A DNA stretch of 64,000 bases from Cenococcum geophilum (lineage: Eukaryota), in the NCBI GenBank assembly GCA_050273025.1, contig CP158635.1, positions 15,748,001-15,812,000 of the forward strand, written 5' to 3'. The position numbers and the translations under genes were made by a program. Of this stretch, positions 25,751-39,590 are shown in pieces (positions within the stretch are counted from its first letter, which is position 1; each line of letters starts with the position of its first letter). The notes beneath the pieces were generated by a model. The model was given only the letters and a program-made list of their open reading frames with translations, searched no databases and was not told the DNA's origin.

Positions 25751-26899
25751 CCACAGACTCGCGAGCGAAGATTACGTCCCTCTATAGCGTTAAGATATTT
25801 ACGCTAGTAAGTAAAGATATTCTTTAACTGTTATAAGGCTGCCGGTAGCGCTAATATATAATTAACGTAGGCTTGTCTTTCACATTGACGCCATCTATCC
25901 TAGAATTGCCTATAAAGGTATATATTGGCAATTGCCTAGCACGGCTGTCGGAGGGCTTTTATGTATATATTTTGCGCGCATACCCGGTACGGTGGCATAA
26001 GTAAGGACAAGATGGCTACTAGTACGACCTTTACAGCATATGCCAGAATTCGTGTTGTAGATTAGGCAAGCTTCTATAGCGTGCGCCCGTATTTGCTACT
26101 ACGGGCATATATAGTAACCCCATATTTCAGCCAACGCCAGTCCCTAACTAATCGCTCTCTTTATAACCAACGCCTGACGCTCTCTGATGCTTAATCCTCT
26201 CGGCGTCGCTGAGCCTCTTATAAACTTGCTTCGACTCTACCTCTTAGGAGTTCCTATTCTCATATTCGTCCTTGCGAACAGCGCATTCATCGTCCTTTTA
26301 CTATACGGCTTTATCATTAGTAGAGAGTAAATTAGTGATAATAGTTAACTATTTGGAGCGTGTAATATACCGGACGTAACACTCTTAAATATATCTCTTG
26401 CATATTAGTGAACAGTACCAGAAGATAGGTTGCTAGAAATTGGCGTCGGCTTCTACTTTCTAGGCACGGCGAGAAATTACCGGAACGAGGACGATGGCAT
26501 TTTCTTAGGTTAAAGTTATGCCATTGCTGCCCAAGCTAATCCTAAAACGGTAATGATCCCTGTCGATTTATGTGTGTGCGTAAACGGATTACCTATGACC
26601 AAATGTGTAGCCCTAAGCGAGTTTGTTAGAGGTTTAACTGTGTTAGGCTAGTATGGTATTTAGGGTAATAAGCACAGGCGTTGCACTCTAAGGCGTATAT
26701 CTGTGCATGCTTCCCCACTTAACTTATTTAGCGAGAACTTTACTATTGCCGAGGAGCGCTATATGTAGAGCGTGGCGAAGCGCGTTTATTAGGTCGGACG
26801 CGCCTTTTTATAGGCTTGTGATATCTTATCCATCTCTCTATAGTTGCATATAATACTTCTAGCGTAAAAGCTCCTGCTCTAAGCGGAGAGATAACTGCG

Positions 26900-27982
26900 A
26901 TGAATACTTACCAAAAGAGAACGTATTTTGTCTATAGCCGTGGCTTAATGCCCGACGACCTAAGGCTGGGGAGTCTTTACATCGATCCCGCAAATCCTTT
27001 AGATGGGGAACAAAAGCGTTTTATGTGCCCTCTAATGTGAGTATTACCCTAAAATCTGATTTTAAGATACTTATCCTCATTATAACCCTAGGGATATAGA
27101 GCTATACGGATGGACAGGCGACGCTAAGTATAATGACTCCTGCATTTTGAACTTCAACACTTTACGCGATTGGCTTGCCGATGCCGGCGTTCTAAGCCTC
27201 TTTAAAAGCGAAGCTGGAACTAGGAGATCCAAGTAGGCAAGGATTAAGGGGAAGAAGGGCCGTCGCTTTTAGATTAAAAGGTCAGTGACTCCTGAACTTT
27301 CAGATATTTGCTGATATACCTCACTAGGCCTAAAGGCTTTCTAAATAAAGTGGTCCTGGAGTCGCCCCTCGCCAAAGCCTGGCTTGGACAACAATTGTCA
27401 ATATTGCGTAAGATGTATTATCTCAGCCGGCTGAAATTTGGAAAATCAAGATATCCCCGGATTTAGTTCATTATAGGTATTTAATATATTAGCAACGCAT
27501 ACGTTGTGAACGGATGGTCTAAGTTGTCCGAAGTTTTTCTGGGTTTTACAGTTCCTATTCCAGAGCCAGTAACTATGGCTGTATTAATAGCAACTACGCA
27601 GGGTGCTCTTAGCGCTAAAGCATCATTGTCTAGCAATTCGGATGCGAGCGTAGTATATCACTACTATGATGAAAGAGTTTGGGCTGTACAGTTTACACCA
27701 CTGAAAGTGAAGTTTTATCCGCAGTTAGAAGGAGCCGACAAGATAGCTTTCCTAACCCGTATTAAGCTTTATGACTTAAAGGATCTTACTATAGCTGGGA
27801 TTCGCTCTAAGGTCTAGTCTAAGCAACCTAGACTAATTGAGGGCTTCGCTAAAATATCTAGATTAGAAGAGCGGAGTAATAAGCAATTATAGGAAACAGA
27901 GAGTAAGCTTATTGAAGTAATGTAAGGGATAGATTGGGACTTTTATGAGGAGTATCTGGAGCTTAAGACTACAGCTTTATGA
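26900..27982 (+). pseudogene. Fungal gasdermin-like protein 2 (divergent from protein 1), 3 exons
   Basis: MNTYQKRTYFVYSRGLMPDDLRLGSLYIDPANP...AKAWLGQQLS...PRI(W)FIIGI(Q)Y...DERVWAVQF. Canonical introns 27037-27091 and 27281-27327 keep the frame through to TGA at 27980-27982. Motif order parallels gasdermin 1. Confidence 0.72.
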
Positions 27983-28182
27983 CCGTCATTTGCTATTAGC
28001 AGCTGTCTAAATCAATTATACTATAAACAAATTGCTTGCTAGACTATAGGTAGAGACTATCTAAATATAGAATATACTAGGCAGAGTGCTGTGGAAATAA
28101 TCAGGTTATAAAGCTATTATGCGCGATTCTAAAGAAAAGTCGCGGCTATTAGATGTGCTTCCTCTTGCTTTATAATACGCTT

Positions 28183-30300
28183 TTAGTTAGATCGCGGAGA
28201 TGTGTGTACTATGAAATCCAAAATTATCCACCTTCCCTTATGCATTGTTCTTTGCGTCGCTATAGGCCTTAGATTCCGGTGAGCGTCAGCTACAGGATTA
28301 TGCCGGACGAAAGCAGCCTCTATAGGGGTATCTGGCCAGATCAGGGAAACCTCCAGTAGTAGATTTAGCAGGGCTAGCTTATCCCACGACAAAGGGTGCT
28401 CGCCCCCGTAAACATACGCCCTTATTATATCATCGATCTCTAATAGATTATCTTCGCTGGCTTTACCAGGAATTTCCATTTCCACTATAGATCTAACAGG
28501 GTTGTTCCCTAATGCCTCTTCGGAAGGCTATCTACCTTAGGGACTTATTTTCTTAATACCCTAAGTGGCATTCAGACTAAAGAAAGCGACGTAGACTAGC
28601 TTTAGCCGTTTGTTGTTTACGAAAGATATAGTAATAGCTTGTCCTTCTTTAACCTTATATCCTCCGGAGGGCGACAGTAGTAGGGGTTTCTTATTAATAT
28701 CGAGAAGCTCAAAAGTAAAACTGTTAGGCGATAGTAAGCTCCGTAGATTATTATTCTAAAGACCTTAGATAGCTTTAAACCGCGCTAGATAGCAAAGAAG
28801 GTAAGCAAGCTTTTCCATTACTTCCTTATTATCTAAGGATATCTCCGGTAGTCGAGCGAGTTATACGCCCTACTCATTCCGAATCTCGAAATACTTTTCT
28901 GGATGGACTAAGATTTAAAAACTTGCTCTAGTAGCCTTATTATTGGAGCAGAGATAAAGCCCGGGCATTCTTTGAATTTCTAACTCTAATAAATTCCTAA
29001 TAATGTTAAGATTAGGCGCGTCCGGCATATAGTTAAACTTTATGTAGGTTTGTGATCCAAGAGCCTATATACAGAGGACGGCGTAACTACCGGGTTGGAC
29101 GGCTATGTCCTAGGGTGTTGTGTCACTATCTATAAGTAGTATGGCCTTAGACCGAAAATCAAAGACCTTATTAATACGGACTTATAGTAGATTTATCTTT
29201 TGGGGACCAAAATCGTCAGTTGGTGGGCCCCATTTAATATCCTATATCTTAGGGTAGATATTATAAATCGCGCCTTTAGCTATACCCTGAGCCCTCCCGA
29301 CATTCAGCTCCATGTAGCCATTGTGCTTCTTTAGAACCCGACACGCAGGTTATTAAATAAGGAGTTTCTCTCTAAAAAATTCGTAGTAGCTGTCACCATA
29401 GAGCACCGGTGATTGCCTTAGTTTTAGCACCATGGACCCAATCCTTAACGCCATATGCTCTCTCACCCTTGTGTATGTGGGCGGCCGCCCTTTAGGATAT
29501 CTGCGCAGAATATCTAACATCTAGCGTGTTAACACGCCGTTTCTGTCTTATACGCTTCCGAATATTTATTCGCCGGCAGTCTTGTTAACTCCGTAAGCAG
29601 TCAGAATAGTACAACTAACAGGATTTAAGAGCCAAGACTGTCTGACAGCAGCATTTCTGTGTCCTGGCTTAGGTGGGATATTAGTGGTGTTAGCGGTGTC
29701 GGCGGCCTTCGCAGTGGCATTAGCGGTCTTATTACTTAATAGCATGGAGTTATTAAATTGGTCCATCGATGTGCGAACCGCGAAGCTAGCTATGTCGCGC
29801 ATGCCTTGCCTAGAGAAGTAACTATCGAGCACTAGAGTCACTCGTAACTTCTTACCTTCTACTATATTCCTGATCTAGACTCCAAGTTAGTACCCCGTGA
29901 GATAGGCTCCCCCAGTTAAAACATCCGTAGGCACTAATACCGTGCCCAAGATATTATCGCCTTCCTCGTCCTATTGCCCTAGTTTATCCCGTCGGATTCT
30001 ATGTCCAGAGTAGTGGATATACACCAGGTCGCCCGGGCTGGCAGCGTCCTTAATGCGCTTCAGTTCGTTTATGATATTATTATAAGTTGGCCACGCGCTC
30101 TCGTCTTCCGTCGGCTTATCACCGCCATTGGATGCGGTAAGCTTGGTAATATCGCAAGGACCAACACTCTGCAAGTAGTTTTCAATGGCGAAGATATCTT
30201 GGACGTAGCCGTTTAAATATTGGTATGTAATAGGTCTCTCCTTGCCTTTGAAATAGTAGTTGATGCCAATTAACAGCGCCTACCTTTTGGTGCTGTCCAT
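28183..30300 (-). pseudogene. Caspase-like (Peptidase_C14/metacaspase) protein 2 with C-terminal extension, about 706 codons
   Basis: MDSTKR(W)ALLIGINYY...LNGYVQDI...WPTYNNII...GDLVYIHYSGH(R)...VTLVLDS(Y)FS(R), i.e. HYSGHG and DSCFSG after reverting G>A changes; ORF fragments share one frame. Confidence 0.9.
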
Positions 30301-30914
30301 TATTGAAATATAGAGGAAGTATTCGAGAGGTCTACCTTAAGGCTAAACTCTTTAGAACTAACCCCTTTGCATAATAATTACACCCTTTAGGAGGGTAAGT
30401 CGTGAAGTATAAATTGGGATAGATGCGCTGTTCTTAAGATAAAGTATAGATAAAGAACCTAAGAAACACGGTTAAGGAAAACTTATTGCAGTATTAGCCC
30501 TTAGGTTTAAGATAGACTTTAAGAACAATAATTTTATGCGAGAAATTCAGCGACACTAAGAAATTAAGGTTAGTTAAAGACTGAGACGAACTGCGATATT
30601 CTCTATCTCTTGCCCAAGACACATTGTCGGAAGCAAACACGGCCGCGCACGCTACAGAGACGGTATATTATCAATGTATCAAAACGGTATAACATGCTAT
30701 AAAGTAGTGTTCCTATTGGCAGAATTTATGCCGGAAACGCCGATTAAGGAAGGCAACAATACGCCTTTATATGCTATTATGTGACGGGGTCGTTGTAAAA
30801 GACATGCCTACGTTAACTGGAGGAGATGCTTATATATTAGCGCCACCAGCAGCCTCACCACAGCTGAAGAAGAGTTGCCTTTATCTGCCGTTATAAATGT
30901 CTTAGCACTATAAA

Positions 30915-33900
30915 GGTAGCCAGGCGTCTTCTAGCTAGGTTTTACCTTGGCTAGGCCAGACCGTAGATGTAGAAAATGCTAAAAATAGCAAACGGTATGT
31001 AATATATGTGCGGTCGCCGACATATTAGTACTCGTCTAGTGGTACAGCCGATATGGCACGAATTTGTGGGGTAGATATAAAGCTAATATGCACTATATAT
31101 TCCTAAGAATCCGAACACACTGCATATTAATATAACCCATGTTTATTAGAATGGACGAACTAGGTCGCTTTGTGGCAAACTAAACTAAGCTTATAATTAT
31201 AAGGATAGGAAGGCAAAAGCCAATAGGCTATTTTGAAGATTTAAACGGCACTAGCTGCCTCTATAATTCTAAATTATAAAATAACCACCCTACTATAGCA
31301 TTATAATGCTCGCCAACCGCTTCTAAGCTGCTTATTAATAGATAGGGACTAAACTAGAGCTCTAAGCCTTACTATTTAGTTTAAAGGTCAATAGCTTATA
31401 GCTATAAGTTTCTGGGGCTATTTAGGATAAATAGTTTAACACTTAGCTAAAACGGATAATAGAGCTATAAAGGAGAGCTAGGAGTACCCTGTTAAACATC
31501 CTCCTAAGATCTTTTAATTACCAATCTTTTTAGTAGTCCTATCCCATACGCTATCAATAAAGGTCTAGTAGTAAGCGAGCCAACTAATGCTCTAGATTTA
31601 ACGTGGCCTTAGTAAAATAAAGTCGTAGATTTAATCAATTAATTACAATATTAAATTGTTGTAAAAAAGCTCCAAATTGATCTATAATAAAGCCTACAAC
31701 CCCTTAATTTAATTAAAGTGTTCCTGCTAGTAAAGCCCATATAGATAGAATGGTATCTTAGTAGAGGGCAGTAGAGACGTTCGGTTTAAAATTTTAGTGT
31801 TTATATATAGGCCACATTCGCTACTGGACCTTAATAGCATATAGGATAGTGCGGGTATTTAGCCAGTAGATAGCAGCTAGGACTACCTTCTAAATAGGGC
31901 TAAACTTTATTTTTTATATCCGCCTACGTCGCTATTATAGCAGCCTCTAACTCCAGTGGATTAGATAATATCAGCCTTACTATTGCAGAAGATTTATATA
32001 TCTTCTTCTAGATCCGCTATTTTCTTATTTATATAAATATCCGCTAAAGATGGAGCTGTTTTACGTCAAGGCTAAAATGGCCAGTTTACTTTAGAAGATA
32101 AGTAATAAAGACCTACGCGCCTTTATAGAGCTTTAAGAAGACCCTATAAGCGATATATAGATTAAGTTATTTATTTATGTCTGTTTCTATATCTCTATAA
32201 GGACTAGCTCGATTAAATACCTTATATAAGCTATTCAGCGAGTAGAAGAATGGGTGGCAGTAACGCCTAATAGCTATTAGGACTAGGCGCGCCGCTTATA
32301 AATCCTTAATACTATATTAGCTAGTATATATAAGCGGGCGCATATATTAGAAGATATTAATGAGCTAAATATTATAGGAGGGAGGTTAGTTATAGTTTTA
32401 TCCGAGCTTATACCCGCCTAGGCTACTATAATTATAAAGATAAAGCTTACTTGTAAGACATAGATAAGTACACCTTTATATTCTTAGTAGTTAATAAGTT
32501 AAAGGGAAGTTAAAATACTAGCGCACTAATGCCTATCTATTAGAACGATTTAAGGATTTAAAATTAATAAAATTAGTATCTAAAGTAATTAAGCCGCACG
32601 ATTAGTAGGAAACTACTAGTAGATGGGTACAGTAGAATACTTAAAAGAAGCGATTCGCATTATAGAGGCGTTATTAAGCATAGCGCTAATAGGTAATATG
32701 CTAAGTAACTTAAGAGCTATACTTGGTTTATAATATAAAAGAATAGGAAGCGTAGATAATCTTAACTACGCAGTTAATATTGCTAATAAGGCCGTGGCCG
32801 CTACGCCTATTAACCACCCTAATTAAGCTAGCCGGTTAAACAACCTTAGGATATAGCTCGGTACGCGATTTAAGCGGACTAGGGCTATAGACAATCTTAA
32901 CCGCGCGGTTAACATTACTAAGAAGGCCGTGGCCGCCACGCCTCTTAACTACCCTAATTGTGCTGGTGTATTAGGTAGCCTAGGAACCTAGCTTAGCACG
33001 CGATTTAAGCAGACTAGGGCTATAAATAATCTTAACCGCGTGGTCAATATTGCTAATAAGGCCGTGGCCGCTTTGCCTTATAACTACCCTAATTAAGCTG
33101 GCTGCTTAAACAACATTAGGATCTGGCTTAGTAGGCGTTTTAAGCGGACTGGGACTATAAACAATTTTAAGCGCGCAATTAACATTACTAATAAGGCCGT
33201 GGCGGCCACGCCTCTTAACTACCCTAATTAAGCTGCCTACTTAAACAACCTTAGGAACTTACTTAGTAGGCGATTTGAGCGGACTGGGGCTATAGACAAT
33301 CTAAACTGCGCGGTTGACGTTGCTAAGAAGGCCGTAGTGGCCATACCTCTTAACTACCCTAATTAAGCTACTTACTTAAACAACCTTGGGAATAGGCTTA
33401 GTACGCAATTTAAGTGGACTAAGGCTATAGACGATATTAACTACGTAGTCAACATTACTAAGAAGGCCGTAGTGGCTACGCCTCTTAACTACCTTAATTA
33501 AGCTGCCTAGTTAAATAACCTTAGGAATAGGCTTAGTAGGCGATTTAAGTGGACTAAGGCCATAAACAATCTAAACCGCGCGGTCGATGTTACTAAGAAG
33601 GCCGTGGCGGCTATGCCTCTTAACTACCCTAATTAAGCTACCTACTTAAATAGCCTTAGGAGCTTTCTTAGTAGGCAATTTAGGCGGACTAAGGCTATAA
33701 ATAATTTAAACTGCGCGGTCGACGTTACTAATAAGGCCGTAGCGGCTATGCCTTTTAACTACCCTAATTAAGCTGCCTAGTTAAATAACCTTAGGAATAA
33801 ACTTAGTAGGCGATTTAAGCGGACTGGGGCTATAAACAATATTAACTACGCGGTTGACGTTGCTAATAAGGCCGTAGCGGCCACGCCTCTTAACCACCCT

Positions 33901-36900
33901 ATTTAAGTTACCTACTTAAATAGCCTTAGGAACTAGCTTGGTAGGCGATTTAAGTAGACTAGGGCTACGGATAATCTAAACCGCGCGGTCGACGTTGCTA
34001 AGAAGGCCATAGCGGCCACGCCTCTTAACTACCCTAATTAAGCTACCTGCTTAAGCAACCTTAGGGGCTTTCTTAGCTAGCGATTTAAGTGGACTAGGGC
34101 TATAGACGATCTAAACCGCGCGGTCGACGTTGCTAAGAAGGCCGTAGCGGCCACGCCTTTTGACCACCCTAATTAAGCTAGCCAGTTAAACAACCTTAAA
34201 ATCTTACTTAGTACGCGATTTAAGCGGACTAAGGCTATAAACGATATTAACCGCGTAGTTAACGTTACTAAGAAGGCCGTGGCGGCTATACCTTTTAACT
34301 ACCCTATTTAAGCTACCTGCTTAAACAACCTTAGGATATAGCTTAGTAGGCAATTTAAGCGGACTGGGGCTATAAATGACCTAAACCGCGCGGTCAACGT
34401 TACTAAGAAGGCCGTAGTAGCTATACCTCTTAACTACCCTACTTAAGCTAACTGCTTAGATAGCCTTAGGAACTAGCTTAATAGGCGATTTAAGCGGACT
34501 AGGGTAATAAACAATTATAAACAATCCCTTCTCTCTTTTAAGGAAGATTAGAATTATCAAACCGCTTTACCTTCTATTTATATTACCCTAGCTTGGCTTA
34601 CAGCCGGGCTCCTCGCCTTATAGTTAAACTAGGAAGAATTAAGCGATATTTTATAGGGTACTATAGAGCTTCTCCTAGCCTTAAGCGTATAATTATTAAA
34701 AAATGCTAATAAACAGAAGATACTAGGGGAGTTCGTGAGCTTAGCGTCTATAGCCGTAGCTACTGCTCTAAATATAGGAAAGGGAGCTTATTATACCTTA
34801 AAGCTCCTAAAACTTAGTTAGGGCGTTATTGCCGGTCTTTTATTAGAGATGCGTATAGATGTTTCTAATATTAAATAGTAGTATTCTAAATTAGCGGACG
34901 AATTTATATCCCTTTAAGATTAACTTAATTTACTTACTAATAGGACAGCTCTTCTAATACCTAGTAATAATACGCCTTTGTTAATATTATAGGTAAATTA
35001 ACGTTATAAAGTGGCTGAAAATTTTAATAAGGTTATTATACGAATTTATACTTAGCCTAGATTCTAGAACTTTCTCCTTCTACCAGCTATAGAGGAATTA
35101 ATGGCCGCTACTAATCTAGGCTTTATTGTTATTATTAATATAAGTCCCTATTGTTACAACGTATTCCTTATTAAGAACCACCAAATTAGAGTGTTAGAAT
35201 TGCCTAAACTAAGTCTAAAAGAAGTCAAACAGAGGGCGTAAGGTATATAATTAGCTTCTATAACATCTAAAATACTAAAATAGCTATGGGATGTCGCTAT
35301 ATACCCAATACTAGAGGTACTAGATTTCTAGCAACCGCCCGCCAATAACAATTAGCCTTATCTATAGTGGATCCCTACTAGACTACTCTACCACTTACCG
35401 CTTTACGCGGCAGGCCATCACGTTAAAGGGTCCGCTGTAATAGTGCTTAATAGAGTTATATCGTCCTATATATTATCAGTTAAGGCACTAATATATAGCC
35501 GCCAATATAGCGTACTAAAGTCTATACATCTAGTGTCTAAAAATGCTCTCCTAGTTACTATATAAGAAACGCTAAATCTATCTATAAATCTAGTCCTTCC
35601 TTTTATTCGTGACAAAGTAGAAATACTAGAGGAACTTTGCCCATTGCTATAGTTAAAGCTAGTTAGGCTATAGCAGTTTAAAAAGGACGTTCTGTCACAG
35701 CTGCGTATATATAAAATTTTCCACTTTACCAGCTATAGACGCTTAGACCCCTTAGAGCCTTTATAGAGCTATTTACTCCTAAAAGACTAGAAAACCAATC
35801 TATTAACAGTAGCAAATCTCCATAATTACAGCTTTTAGGAAAACTCGCCGTTCCTTAGCTATCTCTCTACTTACTTAACCGGGGTAAACAACACCAAGAG
35901 ATTCACTAATAAGGCAATTTATCTTATTAATGCCTACCAACTCGCCGGTTTTCGGCATATTGTCGGAACGCTTTAGGAGGTATTTGACAGCCACTGTGTT
36001 AGTGTAGCGAGGCTCCTATATAAGATAATCTGGGATAAAGGTATAACTAATGGGGCGATATATTAGGGATTACACAGAGCTGTTAGAGCGCTTTAAGATA
36101 GGGATATTAAATAGAGCCAGGCGATAGACGGGAACAGCGCCGCTAGAATAGCTAGCATTAACATTATCCTTAAAGCTGGGAAAGCGGGTAATAGTATAGT
36201 TAAGATAATAGAGGAGGATGGTGGTCAGTCTAGGCTAGTAAAAGAGGATAGTGCGTATAAAACAATAAAACTTAATAGCACTATGTTTATAACGTTGGGG
36301 CGGATAGAGGTTTAACTAATTTGCGAGAAAGAGGTTAAGGGGGAGAACGGTAGGAATAAGGATATAGGTGCAAACGATAGAAATAATATAATAGCGCTTA
36401 ATAGAGATGGGAACGATACGACGCTAAAGGTAAGAAATGTGGTATTATTAGGTTGTAAAGGTTATACAACGAGATAGAAAAGCGCGCTGGCTTAGGTTCT
36501 ATATATCCACTTTAGTGTCTAGGCGTTAATAGCAAGGTATACGGTTCGGTGCGGTTAGACATAATAGCGGAGTAAATTTAAAACGTCTAGCATCTCCTGC
36601 GCAGCGGCAAGCTTAATAAGCATAGCGCACCCATCCTATCATATAGTCTCCGACTTAAAGGCGGTGGTGTTTCATTGCTAAGGGTAGACAGTAGATAGTA
36701 GATATATACATTAGAACTATATTGAGGACTTATCTTCTCTTACGAGTAAAGCCAGTCGGCCGCGGCACCTAGGCGTCTATAGCGTAAGCACAGCCTTACC
36801 TAAGCTTCCCGGCCTTACCTTAGCCCTATAGTACGTTTAGGGATTTAGCCTCTTTTGTAGCGCAGCAGATATAGATCTACGTAATTGTACTAGGTACCTA

Positions 36901-39590
36901 CTATATACTACAATAGCAGTATTATCTTAAGGTTTTTACGCTCGCGGAAACTAGTAGGGAGGATAGCTAACCCGTACCGGCTATACCCTTGTTAAGGTGG
37001 CGTTTCCTAGATATTAGCGGTTAAAGCTCTAGTATAGTCATTATGTAAGGTATTATCTATTTAACTAAAGCCTCTTTCCTTAGCTAAAGAAAGGTGGCCG
37101 CTATAGAGTCGGCCGCTATAATTATAGGAGGTGGGTTTATCTGGGATTTTTAAATATATAGCCTAGAGCGATTGTTATTAATAATAGTTATTAATAGAGC
37201 TGTTACCCTACAAGGCTAAATCTGCCTTTTATTACTTAAAATATTTAGGCGGTTAATAAGCTAAGACCTATACATTAGTCTCTATAGATGACTTTATTTT
37301 ACTACCTTTTATTTATATACGTAAGCGCAGTGTCCGCCTTTAAACTATAATCCCCTTACTTATAATAAACCGACTTAAGGTATACTAATTGATACTATTA
37401 GTACTAAGATAGAAAATATATACCTTCTTTACTTCCCCCTTTATATTTAATTTTTATAATTAATATAGCTACTATAGGAACTTATAATCCTTTAATATAA
37501 TATCTGCTTTAAGCTTAACTAGCTCTTAAATATAAATCTAAAGTATTCCCAGCTAATCTATAATTAGGCGCTTATACTTTCTATAACTATTAATTCTATA
37601 GCTATATACTATATTACTACCAGAGACTTATTTAAAGAAGATTTATAAAATTGTAATAGTGATTTTATCGATTCTAGTAAGCTCCTTTTAGCTTCTAGCT
37701 TATCCCTTTTACCTATAGGTGAGCTAGCTAAATAGACTAAGGTAAGTACTGCTAATCAGTTTTCCTCTTATAACGGTAATTTAATACCATCTTAAGGCGT
37801 TAACACGACCCCCTAAAAGTCTCCCGCGCCTTCTCTTTAACACCCTTTATTCTATATGGAAAACTAGTTCCCCTCTATAGCTATAAACTCATTAATCTAA
37901 AGTATGGAGACATTATAGTAAAGTTCTAGTAGTTAACCCTATAATTGTACGGATAACTAGAAAGAAGAGAAAGAATAGTTACTATCTTAGGTAGATAAGT
38001 AACACTATAAAGAGCCTTAATAATTAATTAACCATAATCTTTAATATATAAGGTAGGACGACCAAACATAGGCGCGTAAAGAGGGGCAGGATAAAGTAGA
38101 GTTGGATAATATTTATAAACGGGATAACGTAATAGAAGAACGTACAAAAGATGTTTCTTTTATTAGATATGATCCTAAACCGCAAAGCAAAACATACTAA
38201 AGAGAAGGAGTATAATTGCCTATAAATAAAAAGCAACTATAATAAGCTAAGTCTACTAAAATACTAAACGCAGCGATTACTAGGTCTGGAAGGACGATAT
38301 TAGAGCGGCTTTGGATTAAACAAAAAGTTAATAATTAGCACTCCTATAAGGTTAAAAGGCTATAGAAACAAACTCTAAAGGAGATTCTACCTATCTATAA
38401 CTATAAATTTCCATTAATAGAGATATATTAAACCTTTACTAACTATAGCTCGTTAGATAATTCTAATAGGCTCTAGCTCCTTACTTACTTATTCTTCGCG
38501 GTTACTAGCTAGAATACTTTTATATAGTTATAAAATTCCTATCTTACTATTTAGGAGAGTATAAGCACAGTTATTCTTTTTTTTAGTAATACAGTATCCG
38601 TAAATATGGAGTCTCTAAATTAATTAGATATCTTACTTACTATAGCTTTTATTATAAAGCGATTCCACCTAATTAAATTAGTAGAAGCTTATATATAACT
38701 AGAATAGAATTACCGGCTTTAACCGGTCTGGTAGACCAGATATTAGCGGAATAAAGAGCGAATATCGGAACTAGGTTATTGCGGCTAGGCTGCTTCCCGC
38801 GCTCTAGACGATATACTATCCTAGGCATATCCTAAACTTATAAGGTATATAGTTAAGTATAATAAACGATTAACTACCCTAAAAAATAGACTTAGTTAGG
38901 GACACAACTGGCATATACTAGCAGCTTAATTTAGTACTAGTATCCTTACTTTAGTCCTAATTAATAGTGATTTTAGTATCCACAACCGCGAGTAAGCTTC
39001 CTTCCTGCTAGTAGAATCTACACTAGGCTAACTTCCTATAGTATTAAAAGACTTCTAGTAGATGATTTTAAATTGCTTATTAATATTTTAGATAAAGAAT
39101 GTAGTGGTTTTCTCTATAAATACAGCCAATAGATGACTTACTTTCTTAATTTCCTCTTAGGACCAATTCTAGAGAGAAAATATATGCTTAAGGATACGGA
39201 TAGATCCCTTGTAAAGGAGGAGCTATTTAACTTACTAGGTTTAATAGAATACCTAGAACTAAATAGGTAAATATTAGCGTAGATTTTTACAGTATATAGG
39301 GATATGTGTTAATTATATATATAGATTATTATAACTAAAAAGCTTAATATAGCTCTTACTATATCTATTTATAAACTTTACGCAAAGACAAATTTAATAG
39401 GCATTGTATTTAGGTTTAGGGCTTTTAGAAGGCTCTTAATCCTAGGAGAATTAATCTTAATTACCTATTCCTACCTTTATTTTCTAGTATAATTACTATA
39501 AAGGAACTATAAATAGTGTAGATAGTAGTAAAAGAATAAAAGATTAGAGATATAGTAAAGTGTGAGGCTTTATACGCCTAAGGTAACACT
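30915..39590. repeat. Right arm of large inverted repeat B
   Basis: Reverse complement of 17735-25750; carries an extra about 300-bp segment near 31550-31850 that is not in the left arm. Confidence 0.88.
32050..36522 (+). pseudogene. TPR-repeat + CHAT protease B2 (inverted paralog of B1), RIP-inactivated
   Basis: ATG at 32050, intron-like gttagt near 32385, 13 clear 135-bp units (anchors 32874 ... 34494), CHAT motifs (W)WIPT...HLPLYAAG, KIFHFTSY, LAGFRHIVGTL(W)EV and terminal (W)VLYIHFSV*. Confidence 0.9.

Noticed and set aside
37855..39450. Possible degenerate gene in the outer arm of inverted repeat B (mirror at about 17900-19450)
   Set aside because: An ATG and a coding-like stretch exist, but RIP damage is too heavy to recognise a family; ORF 38024-38236 looks spurious.
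17735..39590. Module B (or A) as a classical TIR transposon
   Set aside because: The arms are kilobases long and contain host-type genes; no transposase or convincing target-site duplication is visible.
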